From NCBI GenBank assembly GCA_008632985.1, contig QPGO01000031.1:1-64000 (forward strand): a stretch of DNA of 64,000 bases, in the 5' to 3' direction. Positions 37,554 to 49,068 of this stretch are shown here, piece after piece; position 1 is the first letter of the stretch, and each line of letters begins with the position of its first letter. A model generated the notes under the pieces. That model saw nothing but the letters and a program-made list of their open reading frames with translations, ran no database searches and had not been told where the DNA came from. The translations under genes were made by a program, and so were the position numbers. Source of the stretch: Psammoneis japonica (lineage: Eukaryota).

Positions 37554-39511
37554 CACCCCTGAGCAGGAGCCTCCATGCAAACATTTGGTCGTGTGAATCA
37601 CGCCGAGGGGCGAATCTGAAAAAGGAGTTGGGATGCTTGCATGTTGTCTGCGTCACATCAGATGTGTTTTGAAGATGAATTTTTGTTGTGCTCAGGTGTG
37701 AAATGCCATGGAAATGAATTTGCACAGAGCCCCCCACACCACGACAACTCTGTGCACCGTCGAGCCATTCCATCGTCTTTGCAAGCTGCCGCCAACACGG
37801 CCCATGACAGAGGAGTGCCACTTGAAGCCACTGCTCCCACATCTTTTGCAAGACAACCATGCCGCCGAAGAACAAGAGCCACAGGAAGCAGCGCCAGCCC
37901 AAAAAAGAGCAAGTCAAAAGGCAAGTGGCTTGCCAGAAGCAAAAGAGAGAGTCAACAATCGCTGAGTGTGAAAAAGAAAGGAAGAACTCCAAATGGCGGT
38001 CCAGAAGGACTTCTCGTGCCACTGCAGTGTCTCTTGTTGCTGCATCCCTTACAAGCAGTGACAACCGGAAAAGCAATCTGTCATCTGTGAATGTTGCCAT
38101 TGCATTGTGCATGGAGCATGTGATGAGTCTGGCACTCAATTCATTGTGGGCCATTTGGAATGCTGCCGGTGCAAGAAAGCACTTTAGGAGAAACAATGTG
38201 GAGCAATGATGCATCTTGGTGCAGAACCCAACAAGACTGCACAAAGCACAAATGGCTCCCCTTGGGGATGGGTGATTCGGAAAGTCTCTTGATGGAACAG
38301 TCAAGCAAGGAGCTTGCACAGCCATGACTTGTGAGGTGCAGGACGCAAGAAGACTCCTCCACAGAACTCAACCAATTCCAGGTGAGAAAAGGAACCAATG
38401 AATTTCATCAGTGTTGCACGTGAGACTTGGGAAATGATTTGAAGCTGGCACACTTTGCTCACTTTCTAGAATGCAACGACAGATGAAAAGACTCATTGAC
38501 CGTCACTGTGACAGTCTTCAGAAGTGCCGGCAGCAGCCACGCAATGTGTTCAAGCCACATGAGTGGAGCTCGCTGGGTGCTGGGGATGCCACCAACCATG
38601 GCATTGTTGTCCAGATCCAGGAACCACAAATGCACCGTTGTGATCCCCTTTGTTCCCACAACATGCTTGCACATGGACAACCATTGAGAGCACTTGCTCA
38701 TTGCCATCCAGCGGTCACTTGATGCACCAATTCTTGCACAAACCTCAAATTGCTTCTGCACTTGATCTGGAGAGTCTTTGAGGGTTTGCATCGGCGCATT
38801 TGTTGAGTGCATTGGCTGCCCCCTGGTGCGACAATTGATGGAGCACAATGTTGTCAGTTCTGGTTGCTGTGTCCACGGAAACCCTCTGAGATTTTCATTG
38901 CTGACCCAAAGCTTTGCCGCACAGTGCAGCGAATCTGCTTGCGATGTGAGACAAGACAATTGTCCATGATGAAATTGTCACAGTTCATGACGCAGATGCA
39001 TCCACAGCATTTTCTTGCATCACATTGAGTGAGCCACATGTTGCCTTTAGGGAGAGATGAACAATGAATGAGAAATGTGGCACAAACACTCTTGCAAGAA
39101 GCGTTCTCATCATCACCCGACTCACTGAATCTCACCAACTCAACACTTTGCAAAATCCGATTGATCACCCTCAAACCAGTGGCATGCTGTGCTCACACAG
39201 AACTTGTGTCAATGGTCTGTGCCTCTGCTTTCTAAGGAAGAGGGAGACCACAGTCACAACAGCCTGCTGTCAAGTCAATGGCATCAATGAACCACGATGT
39301 TTGTGCGACGAGATTTGGGTTCTGAGTGGCGAAATGGCTTGACAATGCACAGATTGTCGTGGTGCAGGGGGGTTCTTGGAAATTCCAAAGAGACTGAAAT
39401 GTGCATGCCAAATCCTTGTGTCTGGCTGGGCCCTGCATTGCGAGCGTGCAAGTGCTGTGTCGGCCTGCACACCCGAACCAACTGACACGAGAACCGTCCT
39501 GCTCAGGGGTG
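37554..39511. mobile_element. ~2-kb TIR DNA element with a 9-bp TSD (Mutator-like TSD length), degenerate internal ORF on +
   Basis: 15-bp perfect TIR CACCCCTGAGCAGGA / TCCTGCTCAGGGGTG; TSD AAAAATGAC at 37545-37553 and 39512-39520. Internal fragments include GDAT and a CxxH-like CCVH. Confidence 0.75.
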
Positions 39512-39827
39512 AAAAATGACCGTTTTGAGGAACGCAGATTTTTCACCCTTCAACCACCGGACTTGGCTCCTTTACGTCACAAACACAGCAAATGAAGTGA
39601 TTTCAGATGTGGACAATGTCAAATTTGCGTGATTTTGTTTTGGAGCACGCACTCGCTGAAAATCTGGGGGACCCCTTTTTGCAATTTCGAAAGTTCAATG
39701 TTGACTTTCAACACCGGGTTTTTTGCAAGCTGCATCTGTGAACAGAGAGGAACTAAATCTCTCAACCTTCAACAATGAAGGTTGTCATGAATTGCTGTCG
39801 CAAATGGAGCAACAACACCACACCCTT

Positions 39828-40007
39828 GGAGCAAATCTCCACCGGTGGATGGAGATTTGCTCCCAACAAGCAAATGCACGTGGTGCACTTTACGCAGATT
39901 CTACACAACATGACATTTTTGTGCCATGTTCATTGCATTGTCATAAAAGTGCACGACACGTCACAAATCCATGAGCAGAGCAAATCTCCACCCGTGGAGA
40001 TTTGCTC
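39828..40007. repeat. Two copies of a palindrome GAGCAAATCTCCA-N-TGGAGATTTGCTC
   Basis: 14-bp perfect stems at 39828-39863 and 39978-40007. Confidence 0.85.
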
Positions 40008-40922
40008 CCCCCTGCTGGTGGTTGAAGGGTCAAGAATCCACATTTTCAAAATTCCGCGCAACAGATCTGATGATCTCCCCATTGCTCACTTTCTTTCTCA
40101 TCCAGTGCAATTGTCATCTCTGTCCCAGATGTCTGTTAGATTGTCCCGACACCGCCAGTCCGCAACAAACAACAAGACAACCTTCAAAATGAAGTCAAGC
40201 AGCAGCCATCGTGGCTGTCAATGCCCAACAAATTGCAGGACAAATTGAGTCACAGTCTGGGAGGAGGACTGGCCAAAAGTGCCATCATGAGTGCCATGCA
40301 CTGCTGTGCTGGTGGTTCAGTGTCTGGGATTGTGGGCACACTGGGAATGCAGGTCCTTCATTTCATCATTTTGCATGCTGTGCTGTCCTGAACAATGCCA
40401 GTGCAGGAAAAATGGCATGTGTTGCAGGTTTGTGGGGAGTGAGCATGGTTGACACACATGGTCTGCGTGGAGGGAATGAGTGCACAACGTCAATGACGTG
40501 AGAGCAATTACTTTTCTGGTTCAGTCCCTTGCAGGAAAAAAAACCTGGAAATGCGCAACACCAGAATGTTCCGAGTTCGCCGGGAGTAGTTTAGCAGGGA
40601 GCCCATGTCGTTTATCGACTTAACTATCGCTGCTCTGAAAGCAGATGCCATTGAATGAGCGCACTCGACAAACGCCAAAGGCGACGCGGCCGGTTTCCTT
40701 TTTTGTGGCGGTCGGCATCTATTTTGTGGTGTGCCATCGATTGCTTCCAATTTCCAGCACAGAACCACACCACACACTGCGTATTGCCGAGCTCGCGACA
40801 TTTCCTCGTTGCAAAACTCTCTATAATATGTTTAAGTATCTGAACGATTGCAAGTAGAAGCACTGCAGAATCGATAACATCGAGTCAGCAGCAGTGTCTT
40901 CATTGGAAGAAACGAAACTCTG

Positions 40923-42073
40923 TCAGTAGGTGCGAAACATGTTTGTCAAGCCACGACCGTTCCGAAGCTCGAAAGATGAAGAACGACCTGCATCAAACCC
41001 CATGTCCGCGTTCTTCATCATTTCCATCTCCATGGCTACAACCTCCTCCACACCCTTTCCTCTCGTACTATCCGTGTAGTCAACAGCTTCGGAACCTGCT
41101 TCGAGTTTTGCAAATTCCATCTCAAGCCGTTCATCCTCTGTCAAACTTTCTTTGCTCAAATGGGACGAAAACCCCGCAGCTGCCTCCATTGACTCCACAT
41201 TTCTTTCAAGAACATCAAAGGCATTATTGGACAAACTCTTGTTGTTGAAAAACCCCGTCAGCATTTCATTAATCTTGGTCACGCTCTGAGCCGTCTTGGC
41301 GCGTTTCAACAAATCGTCTCTCTTGGCCACATTTTCGTAAAACTGCTTCTTGACGGCATGAAAGGCCTCGTAGAGCTTCTCTCGCATTGCGTCTTGGGCG
41401 TCAAAATCGGCGTCCAGTCTCTTGACACCCTCCAATAACTCCTGTCGCTGAGTCAAGTAATCCCTGCAAACCAATTCATAGCCCTCGGATAAGGCACCCC
41501 TTGCTTTGCGGTACAAATCGTCCGCAGCAGCTTGGGCTTGGCTTTTCTGGACAAGCATGCGACGCTGCGTGTCCGTCAACTCGTTGTAAGAACTCTGAAT
41601 CTCGGATAAGTATTTCTGAAAGTGGAGTGGTAAACTCGAACGTGAGCAAGATATCGCAAACAGAGATAGTCACACTCTTCCTCCATTTCAAGGGTGCTCA
41701 CCTCCGTGTTCAACAGAGCCTTGTTCAATGCATTCTCTGGCAAATTCTCTTGCTCTAGCTTATCGATTGTCTTTGTCAGACCATCCCAAGCCGCTCGTGC
41801 GAGTCTGTCGTAAAGGAACAAATCAGGTCGGGCGATCCAAACCATTTTGCAATAAAAGTCTAGGGCTTTCTGGGCAGGATTATCATTTTTTCTATTGACC
41901 AAAGTTGTAGGCTTTGGAGGAGCATAAAGCTGCTGTCGAGGCTGCTGATGCCGCCAAACCGATCGATTGGGACTGACAAGCTTCCGTCCTCCCAAGGTCA
42001 CGTAGGCACCAGAGTAAGGAGTGGCAGCAATGAAGAGCAGCAGCCCCGAAAGAGACTTCAAGAGAAAGTTCAT
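40923..42073 (-). CDS. PspA/IM30 (VIPP1-like) coiled-coil protein with an N-terminal signal/targeting peptide, intron-containing
   Basis: LYDRLARAA..ENALNKAL, ADDLYRKARGALSEG.E and NAFDVLERNVESMEAAA..LEMEFAKLE fit PspA/IM30; hydrophobic N-terminus. Confidence 0.7.
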
Positions 42074-43540
42074 GTTGTTTTCGAAATAAAAGAGTTGAGT
42101 TTTGTGAGCACAGTCTTGACACCACTACTTGAACGGAAAACATAGTTGCCACGTGCCAGAAAAGAGTCGTGCCAAATGCCAATTTTGCCACGCGGCGTCT
42201 TCACTGGAATCAGAGTGCCAAACAATCCACGAGATATCATGCATATTGCTTATAAACACTATGCGAGCATCTACTTGGGGAGGTCATGTTGTCATTGAGT
42301 TATGGCCGGAGGTCGGTTCTGTTGCAATCATCGACATACAGTATCCTTCAACGACCCCACGGCACGGATGTCAAATGATAAATAATCTCAACTCTCAACT
42401 CAGCCAGTCGGCTGGCCGGCCGGTTGTGCTTTCTCATCGTGAGTCCATGCGTCGACCGTTCACACAAGCGGGCGAGTGCATCAATGTCCTTTGGCTGTGC
42501 AGGTGTGTGAATTCAATTTTGTGCGCCAAAGCCATCTGTCATTTCTCTCAATGACATTGGACATTGCCAATGATGTGGTGATGAATCTGCCTTATTGGAG
42601 TGAGAGAGAGTGACAGGAGGAGCCGAGGTGGCACCAGAGGATGATGGCGAGAGCTGCCTCTCCACCAGGCGCACCAGCCTCCAGCTCGGGCGAGGAGGTT
42701 GGCTGGTGAGAGCAGGGAGGTTTGGCAGTCTGAAAAGGAGGAGTGGGAGCTGGAGAAGTTAGAGAATTCAACCCAGGGTGGCTTGGGGGTTGAGGGGCAA
42801 GAACAGCAGAGGAGAGCGGGAAATGTGAGAGCAAGGGCCAAAAAGGGCCGAGACCTGTTTGAAAGGGCAAAAAAAGACCAAGAGGTGTGAAAGTGGCGGC
42901 CAACACCTCCCAGGTGGTCAAAGGTGAAATGAAGAAAAAATGGCTGGCTTGGTTGATGGCAGTGACAGTGGAAGAGCCGTGTTGGCAGAAGGGGCGTTTC
43001 GGCCAAGAAGCTGTGTTGTTGCCACCCCTGTGGTGGGGGAGAACATGGTGATGTCATGGTTACGTGGCAGTTTATATCTTATTCATTATTTATATTTTTA
43101 TATAAATGTGCTTACATATAATATATATATTTATGCATTTGTACACAAATGCCACTCCCGGCTTGGGAGGTCTGTAATTGCACAAATGCTAACAGCAGCA
43201 GGAAAAATCCTGAGGGTGTGTTGTTGCGTGTCGCTGGGTTGTGTCTGTGGTCTTGTTGCATTGCGCGCAACATGCATGCTGGCAGGTGAAGCGAATTGCG
43301 CGCAACGCACCGCGGCTGCTTGCGTCGCGTGTCGCAGGGCAGGGTGGCGTGTGTTTTTAGTGTTGCTGTTATTGTTACTGTAGACTATCGCAGGATTTCG
43401 CTTGCTGTCGCTTTGTTGTTTGATTGTATTTATAAGCCAGCAAGACTATTTCTATCTTAACTAAACACACTTTTCAGACGCTTGTTTTCTGAAAAGACAG
43501 TTACATACAAATTCAAAGTTACTCTTGAAAGAAGCATAAT

Positions 43541-44832
43541 ATGGTTCGCGAGATACCGTCGTTGTTTGTTTTGTGTCTGCGTGCCGTTGGCAGTCATGAA
43601 TGCAAGGCCCAGGCTACATTTCATGAAGACAAAAAGCCACCGACATCCGGTACCAAACTGCTAAAAGCCTTTCATCGTCGTGGTACACCGCTGTTGTCAG
43701 AACAAGCCATTGATGCCGTGCCTGTCACGAGAATTCCTCTGGTAACAACCATGGGAGGAGGAGTAGCGGTGCGACGAGCACATGCCAACGATGTGGATAT
43801 CAATCATCCCATAATTGCGGCAAATGACGAGAATGGAATCTTGGTGATGCAATACGGAAATGCTGCCTTGGATTGTTTGCAATCGTATATTGATTCGTTG
43901 GTGGAATTGGGACGCATGGATGATTCGAGACTCACCAAGGAGTTTTTTTACGAGTGGATCCGAGCATGCAATGTGCCACTCAAGAAAACGAAAAAACGCA
44001 AACGTGGCGGTGCCGCGTCTCCACTACCACCTGCTGCAGAACCGTGCTCGTCCATGTCGTTGCAGAATTGCATCATTTCACAAGATACCTTTCAAAACTT
44101 TGTCGAGACGGGAGTTGGGCAGTACATTAGCGTGTTGGACTTGTCGGGCATTTCCTTGCTCACCAATGATTTACTCGAATCGCTCTTGGAATCTTGCAAT
44201 GGAAGTTTGCAGCGTCTTTCGCTCAAAAATTGTCGGCGACTCACGGTAGTAGGGTTGCAGCATGTCGCGAGCATTGTCCGCATCTGACGTTTCTGGATAT
44301 TGGAGGGTGTTTTAACATTACAGCACAACAAGTGATTGACTGTATGGCGTCCTTTGATAATTTGGTGGATTTGCATGCCAGCGGAGTGGGTTGGACAGAT
44401 CATACGGTGCTGCAGTTGGTTACCGAATTTGATAACGCGTGGGAGGGTCTCAGTTTGGGCTTTAGCGTTAACAGCGCGGTTCTGACAAGCTATGGACTGC
44501 AAGAAGCACTAAGTCACGTGCAAAATACGTTACAACGACTTGCATTGCCGTTTTGTGACTCGGTCGATACCACCTTTTTGGGGTGGCTTGGCAAAACCAT
44601 GACACAGCTGACCGTTTTGGATATTCGTGGCAATTCCAGTATCAACTCGTTAACAGCGTGGTTTGATGGACGAGCCTTTAGCCAGGCGTCCGGAGACTTG
44701 TTTGTCTTAGCACGATACACTAGTATTTCCGCCTCATCCTTGGAAGAGACCAGAAGGGTCCATCCAGTAGACGCGAGCGAAATGACGTGTATTCTAGACG
44801 GAGGTGGGACTGGAGGAGGGATACGACGGTAG
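43541..44832 (+). CDS. Leucine-rich-repeat (RNI/F-box-LRR-like) protein; apparent 1-bp frameshift near 44270
   Basis: LDLSG..LTND, LQRLSLKNCRRLT, LTFLDIGGCFNIT and LTVLDIRGN repeats span two ORFs. Confidence 0.75.
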
Positions 44833-45072
44833 AGTGACGCTGAGGACGCTGGGCTCTAATTTACGTGTAAACAAGAGTATTCATATGACCAACTGTCTTC
44901 ATTGCGTGAGCGTTTTCTTCTCCAACCCAATGTACAGTCCACTAGTAAGGATTTCCAACCTATTGCATAAGAACTAGAGCAAACAGAATATGAGGAGGTG
45001 AATAACGAGAGTAGTAAGAAAACACACTTGCTATAAGGGCATATGTGACTTACCGAGTAGAATAGCAATGAC

Positions 45073-45522
45073 TCAGAGGAAGAACTCGGCATGCGTCTTT
45101 GTACTATGCGCTTCTGCCGACAACTTGGGGTGTTTCTTGACTGGCGATGCTTTCACCACGTCGCTGCCCTCTGCCGCCTTGCCATCCAGTGCTAGTCCGT
45201 GAAAGCTGTTGAGAACCTTGTCCTCCAGCTCTGACAATTCGGTGCGGCGGCGCTTATACGCCTGATGTTTTTCGTCCACCATTTTCTTGATATGATTCTC
45301 CGGAAGCGGCAGTGAAGCAATGCACTGACGGAAAATTTGTGTGCCGAATGGCGACTTGTTCTCGTAGCGAGAAAAGTAATATGACGCCCTCGAGATTGCG
45401 AGAAAAATATGGCGCACCTCGATTGCGAGAAAAATATGGCGCGCCTCGATTGCAATGATGTCACGAGTTGCACTCTCTATCGTTTGACATTCGACGGGTA
45501 GTACAGCGCTGGGCAGCAACAT
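45073..45522 (-). CDS. Hypothetical protein
   Basis: ORF only; contains a short in-frame tandem duplication (AIEARHIFL/AIEVRHIFL). Confidence 0.35.
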   Translation of the reverse strand: MLLPSAVLPVECQTIESATRDIIAIEARHIFLAIEVRHIFLAISRASYYFSRYENKSPFGTQIFRQCIASLPLPENHIKKMVDEKHQAYKRRRTELSELEDKVLNSFHGLALDGKAAEGSDVVKASPVKKHPKLSAEAHSTKTHAEFFL

Positions 45523-45690
45523 AGAATCACCAATCTCGCGTGCTGTCTTTTCCCAAGGGTTAAGTGAAGAATGCAATGAGATTCGCACTGATAACTGATA
45601 AAGAGTATCGTCATACTATTACTTTTCGAGTGTGAGCTACCGGTATTTCAAGATTAATTGGATTTCACAACGAGGTCTCCTCTTCGCAGC

Positions 45691-46785
45691 TCAGCCAAAC
45701 GTATCCTTGAGCAACTTGGTGTTGATTTCCAAATTCTTATCATCCCATGGGCATTCATACAAGACAGCCCTTGTCATGGTAGCTTTTGCTGCATCATAAT
45801 CACCCTTAGCTTTCTGCGCAAGAGCAATGTACTTGTGAACCTGTGGAAAGTGGCGATTCATGTCCAATGCTGCCATTCCGAATTGCCTTGTCGTAGTCGC
45901 CCATCTCAAAAAAGCAACGGCAAAGACCCATCCAAACTCGACGCTGCTGGGGTGCTGATCCTGAAAAGTATTTTGCCTCGTCCATGAGCAAACTTTTGTA
46001 CAGCTCGGCTGCAGAGTCCCACTTTCCTTCGTCCTGGTAGATGTATTCTGCCTGTCGCAACAGACTCTCCATGTCGTGTCTGCCCGCCAGCTGAGCCGCC
46101 AAGGCAGCTCCTTTCATCGTAGATGCGTCTGGCTCCTTAGACTCGGCAAATCTTTCACGCATCTGCTCAATGGGAATGCAGTCGGGTCCATGAGCTTGCT
46201 GGTGGCGACGTTGGCACTTCTCGGAACAATAGTAGGCCAGGAGGCACCGAGAGCAGCGAATGGCTGGGGCGGACTTCCCACATTCATCGGCATCACATTG
46301 AATGCACGATCGATCAATTTCGTTGCTCCCATTCGTCTGTTCAGCAGACTTTTTGTTTTCTTGTTGTTGCTTCAGATGCCGTTTCTCAACACAATCCTTA
46401 CAAACGTTTTCATCGGGTCCCTTGCGCCACTGATTCTTACTAAAGTCGTCTCGTTTCTTTAACCAGCCACATTCAATGCAGCCACGGACCGATTGGTCCG
46501 TCGTTCGGTATCCTTTTCCCGTATGAAGTCGCGGATTTCGAAAAATGGCCTCCAAGGTCTGAACAGAATCGTAGGCACAGCTTCTCCACAATTCATTTTG
46601 CCCCTTCGTGGGATGATTGAGCTTGGTCATGACGCCTCGTGTGGTATAAAATACATTGATAGAGTGCCATCGTTGTCGTCGTGAAGCTTCTTGAAAAAGA
46701 GAGTAGACGATATTTCTCCTCTGCGCTCCACGTAGCCACATTGTCTGGCGACTTTACGAATATCTTGAGGAGAAACAGAGGGCAT
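45691..46785 (-). CDS. Protein with Stc1-like Cys motif, MYND zinc finger and TPR-like C-terminus; two apparent frameshifts
   Basis: CIEC...FSKNQW...CKDC; CSRC..YYCSEKCQ..H...H..DC (MYND); helical TPR-like tail continues in ORF 45691-45909. Confidence 0.7.
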
Positions 46786-47823
46786 TCTGAAACCAGAAAT
46801 CAACAGAGGAACCTTCCATGTCCAAAGGAGGTTTTGGTTTTGTACGCAGTACAGAAGAGGTCAGAGCGACGGTTTAGTTGAGAGTGTGTGGTGTCAGCGG
46901 GGAAAAAAAAAGAAAAACGCGGCAGCCAGAGTAACCAGAGGACCGAGCTTGTGGCTGCTTGTGTGGCAAAGCGTGCGCGAGCTGCGGCGTGCACATTGTG
47001 ATGATTTGTATGTAGGATCTGTCATGCCCGCACTTATCATGGGTTTGACCACTAAACACTGGTGCAATACGAAGAAGCTAAATGAGTCGTCCATCCGGAA
47101 GATGAGAGCGAAAAATGAGCAGTCTGGATGGAGGTGGAACTTGGAACTGGAGGATCACTCTACAGTAGAGTGAAGTCTTTTGCCAAAAAGCGATGCACTG
47201 CATGGTCACTCAACCCTTTTGCTGTGCCTAAAATGCCGTCAAGTATTCCTGTACTCATACGAAGTGTGTTCCCTTCCACATCTGTCGACTGATTCCAACA
47301 ACAAAATAGCGGCAACGCTCTGGACCGGCTGCATCATGTTTGGTGCGGCGCGTCGATTTGGATTGAACGAATTCAAAAATTCGAACCAAGTAATGCTCGA
47401 ACCAAACACATAATGTGGTGATAGGAGTCGGTCACTTCGGAACGTTCGGCGTCATATATACTCAATCATGTGGCGTGACAGTTCACACATGAATGACAAC
47501 AGCTCCAGCAAACGATTTCCACGCTTTCGTGCTTCGTTTCGTGCTTCCTTTTTGAAATTTTGGGTCACGCAAAGCGGAAGTTTGTTTTTATATGGTGTTG
47601 AATATATCTATGAAAATCCAACTGTCATTTTTCTACGTAGATCTGTACCAGTTCCCACGTGATCAATAAATAGCCAAATTGCCTACCGGAGTATCGCGTA
47701 CATAGCTACGTATGTACAAGTAATACCACGTGATGTAGTAGGAGTTGTTACGAAAAATCTCGTGCTTCGTCGCGCCCCTCTCATTTCGCAGGTTTGGGCA
47801 GCCTGACAAACGCCCAGAGACTG

Positions 47824-49068
47824 ATGCAGTCGTCAATATCGGTACGATTTCTACGTGTTTCTACGGCGTCGCTAGCGATGAAGCACGAAATGACAATGGC
47901 GTCTCATTGCCGTCGATTGCGTTTTCCTTTCTTACCCCCGTTGTTTTCTTTTTGCTATAGAAATACCGTATTACCAAGCGGGTAGGAGGAGGATCATTCG
48001 GAGACATTTACCTCGGTGTCGGCGCCAATGGCGAAAAGGTATGTTTCGACCGATGGATCGCTACCGGTTCGTATCGCGTCTTTCTCGTGGTACTGGTGAC
48101 ACGTAGATTCTACTGGGGGGTTCGCAACCGTTATTTATCGGACTTTGCTTGCACTCACGTTGCCACGTTGCTTGTTGCGGTTTTTTCACCATGCGCAGGT
48201 GGCTGTAAAGTTTGAAAAGCACGGCGCTCGATGCCCCCAGCTGCGTCACGAGTACAAGGTGTACCGTGAATTGCAGAATGCTCCCGGCTTTGCTAAAGTT
48301 CACTACTTTGGAACTCAGGACTCGTACAATCTCATGGTTATGGATTTGCTCGGCCCCTCGTTGGAGGATCAGTTTAACAAGTGCGGACGGCGCTTCTCAC
48401 TCAAAACGGTTCTCATGATTGCGGATCAGATGCTCGAGCGCGTCGAGTTGATGCATTCTCGTCATTTAATTCATCGTGACATTAAACCGGCCAATTTCGT
48501 CACGGACGGAGGCCGGGGCAATGGGAATTACATTTATTGCATTGACTTTGGGCTCTCCAAACGATACCGCCACCCCCGAACGCTTCAGCACATTCCCCAG
48601 CGTGAGGGACGCTCCTTGACGGGAACGCCGCGTTATGCGTCCATCAACAATCACTTGGGAGTGGAGCAGTCGAGACGGGACGACCTAGAGTCGATTGGAT
48701 ACGTCCTGGTGTACTTTCTCAAGGGCGGGCTTCCCTGGCAGGGACTAAAGGCCAAGTCGGCGACGAAAAAGTACAAGCTCATTATGGAGAAAAAGCAGAG
48801 CATTACGATCCCGGCTCTGTGCCAGGGATGCCCCAGTCAGTTTGCCGAGTACCTGGCTTATTGCCGCAGCCTCAAGTTTGAGGCAAAGCCCAATATTGCC
48901 TATTTGCGTGGCATGTTTAGAGACCTCTTTCGCTCGCAGGGCTACACAAACAATCATTCCAGTCTTGATTGGGACTGGAACAGACTCGAGGGAGGAGGAG
49001 GCGGAGGAGACCGGAACGACCGTGGAGAAATGTCGCCCATGGATGGAGACGGAAGGTACAAGTACTAG
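47824..49068 (+). CDS. CK1: Casein kinase I (exons 47824-47841, 47961-48038, 48199-49068)
   Basis: GGGSFGDIY, VAVK, LLGPSLED, HRDIKPAN, DFG, GTPRYASIN, EQSRRDDLES and LPWQGL; GT-AG introns keep the frame. Confidence 0.95.

Noticed and set aside
37544..39521. Alternative parse with a 14-bp TIR and an 11-bp TSD (GAAAAATGACC)
   Set aside because: Formally possible, but the 15-bp TIR / 9-bp TSD parse also explains the neighbouring CACTCCCA element and its flanks.
14600..40500. Classical fungal RIP or plain CpG deamination as the sole cause of the composition
   Set aside because: Both are C>T processes. RIP raises TpA, and neither converts Tyr codons to His/Cys. CpG decay is present but is a second, separate signal.
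14600..40500. Dozens of overlapping Cys/His-rich ORFs as real genes
   Set aside because: They are expected by-products of losing TAA/TAG; only frames with recognisable motifs were kept.
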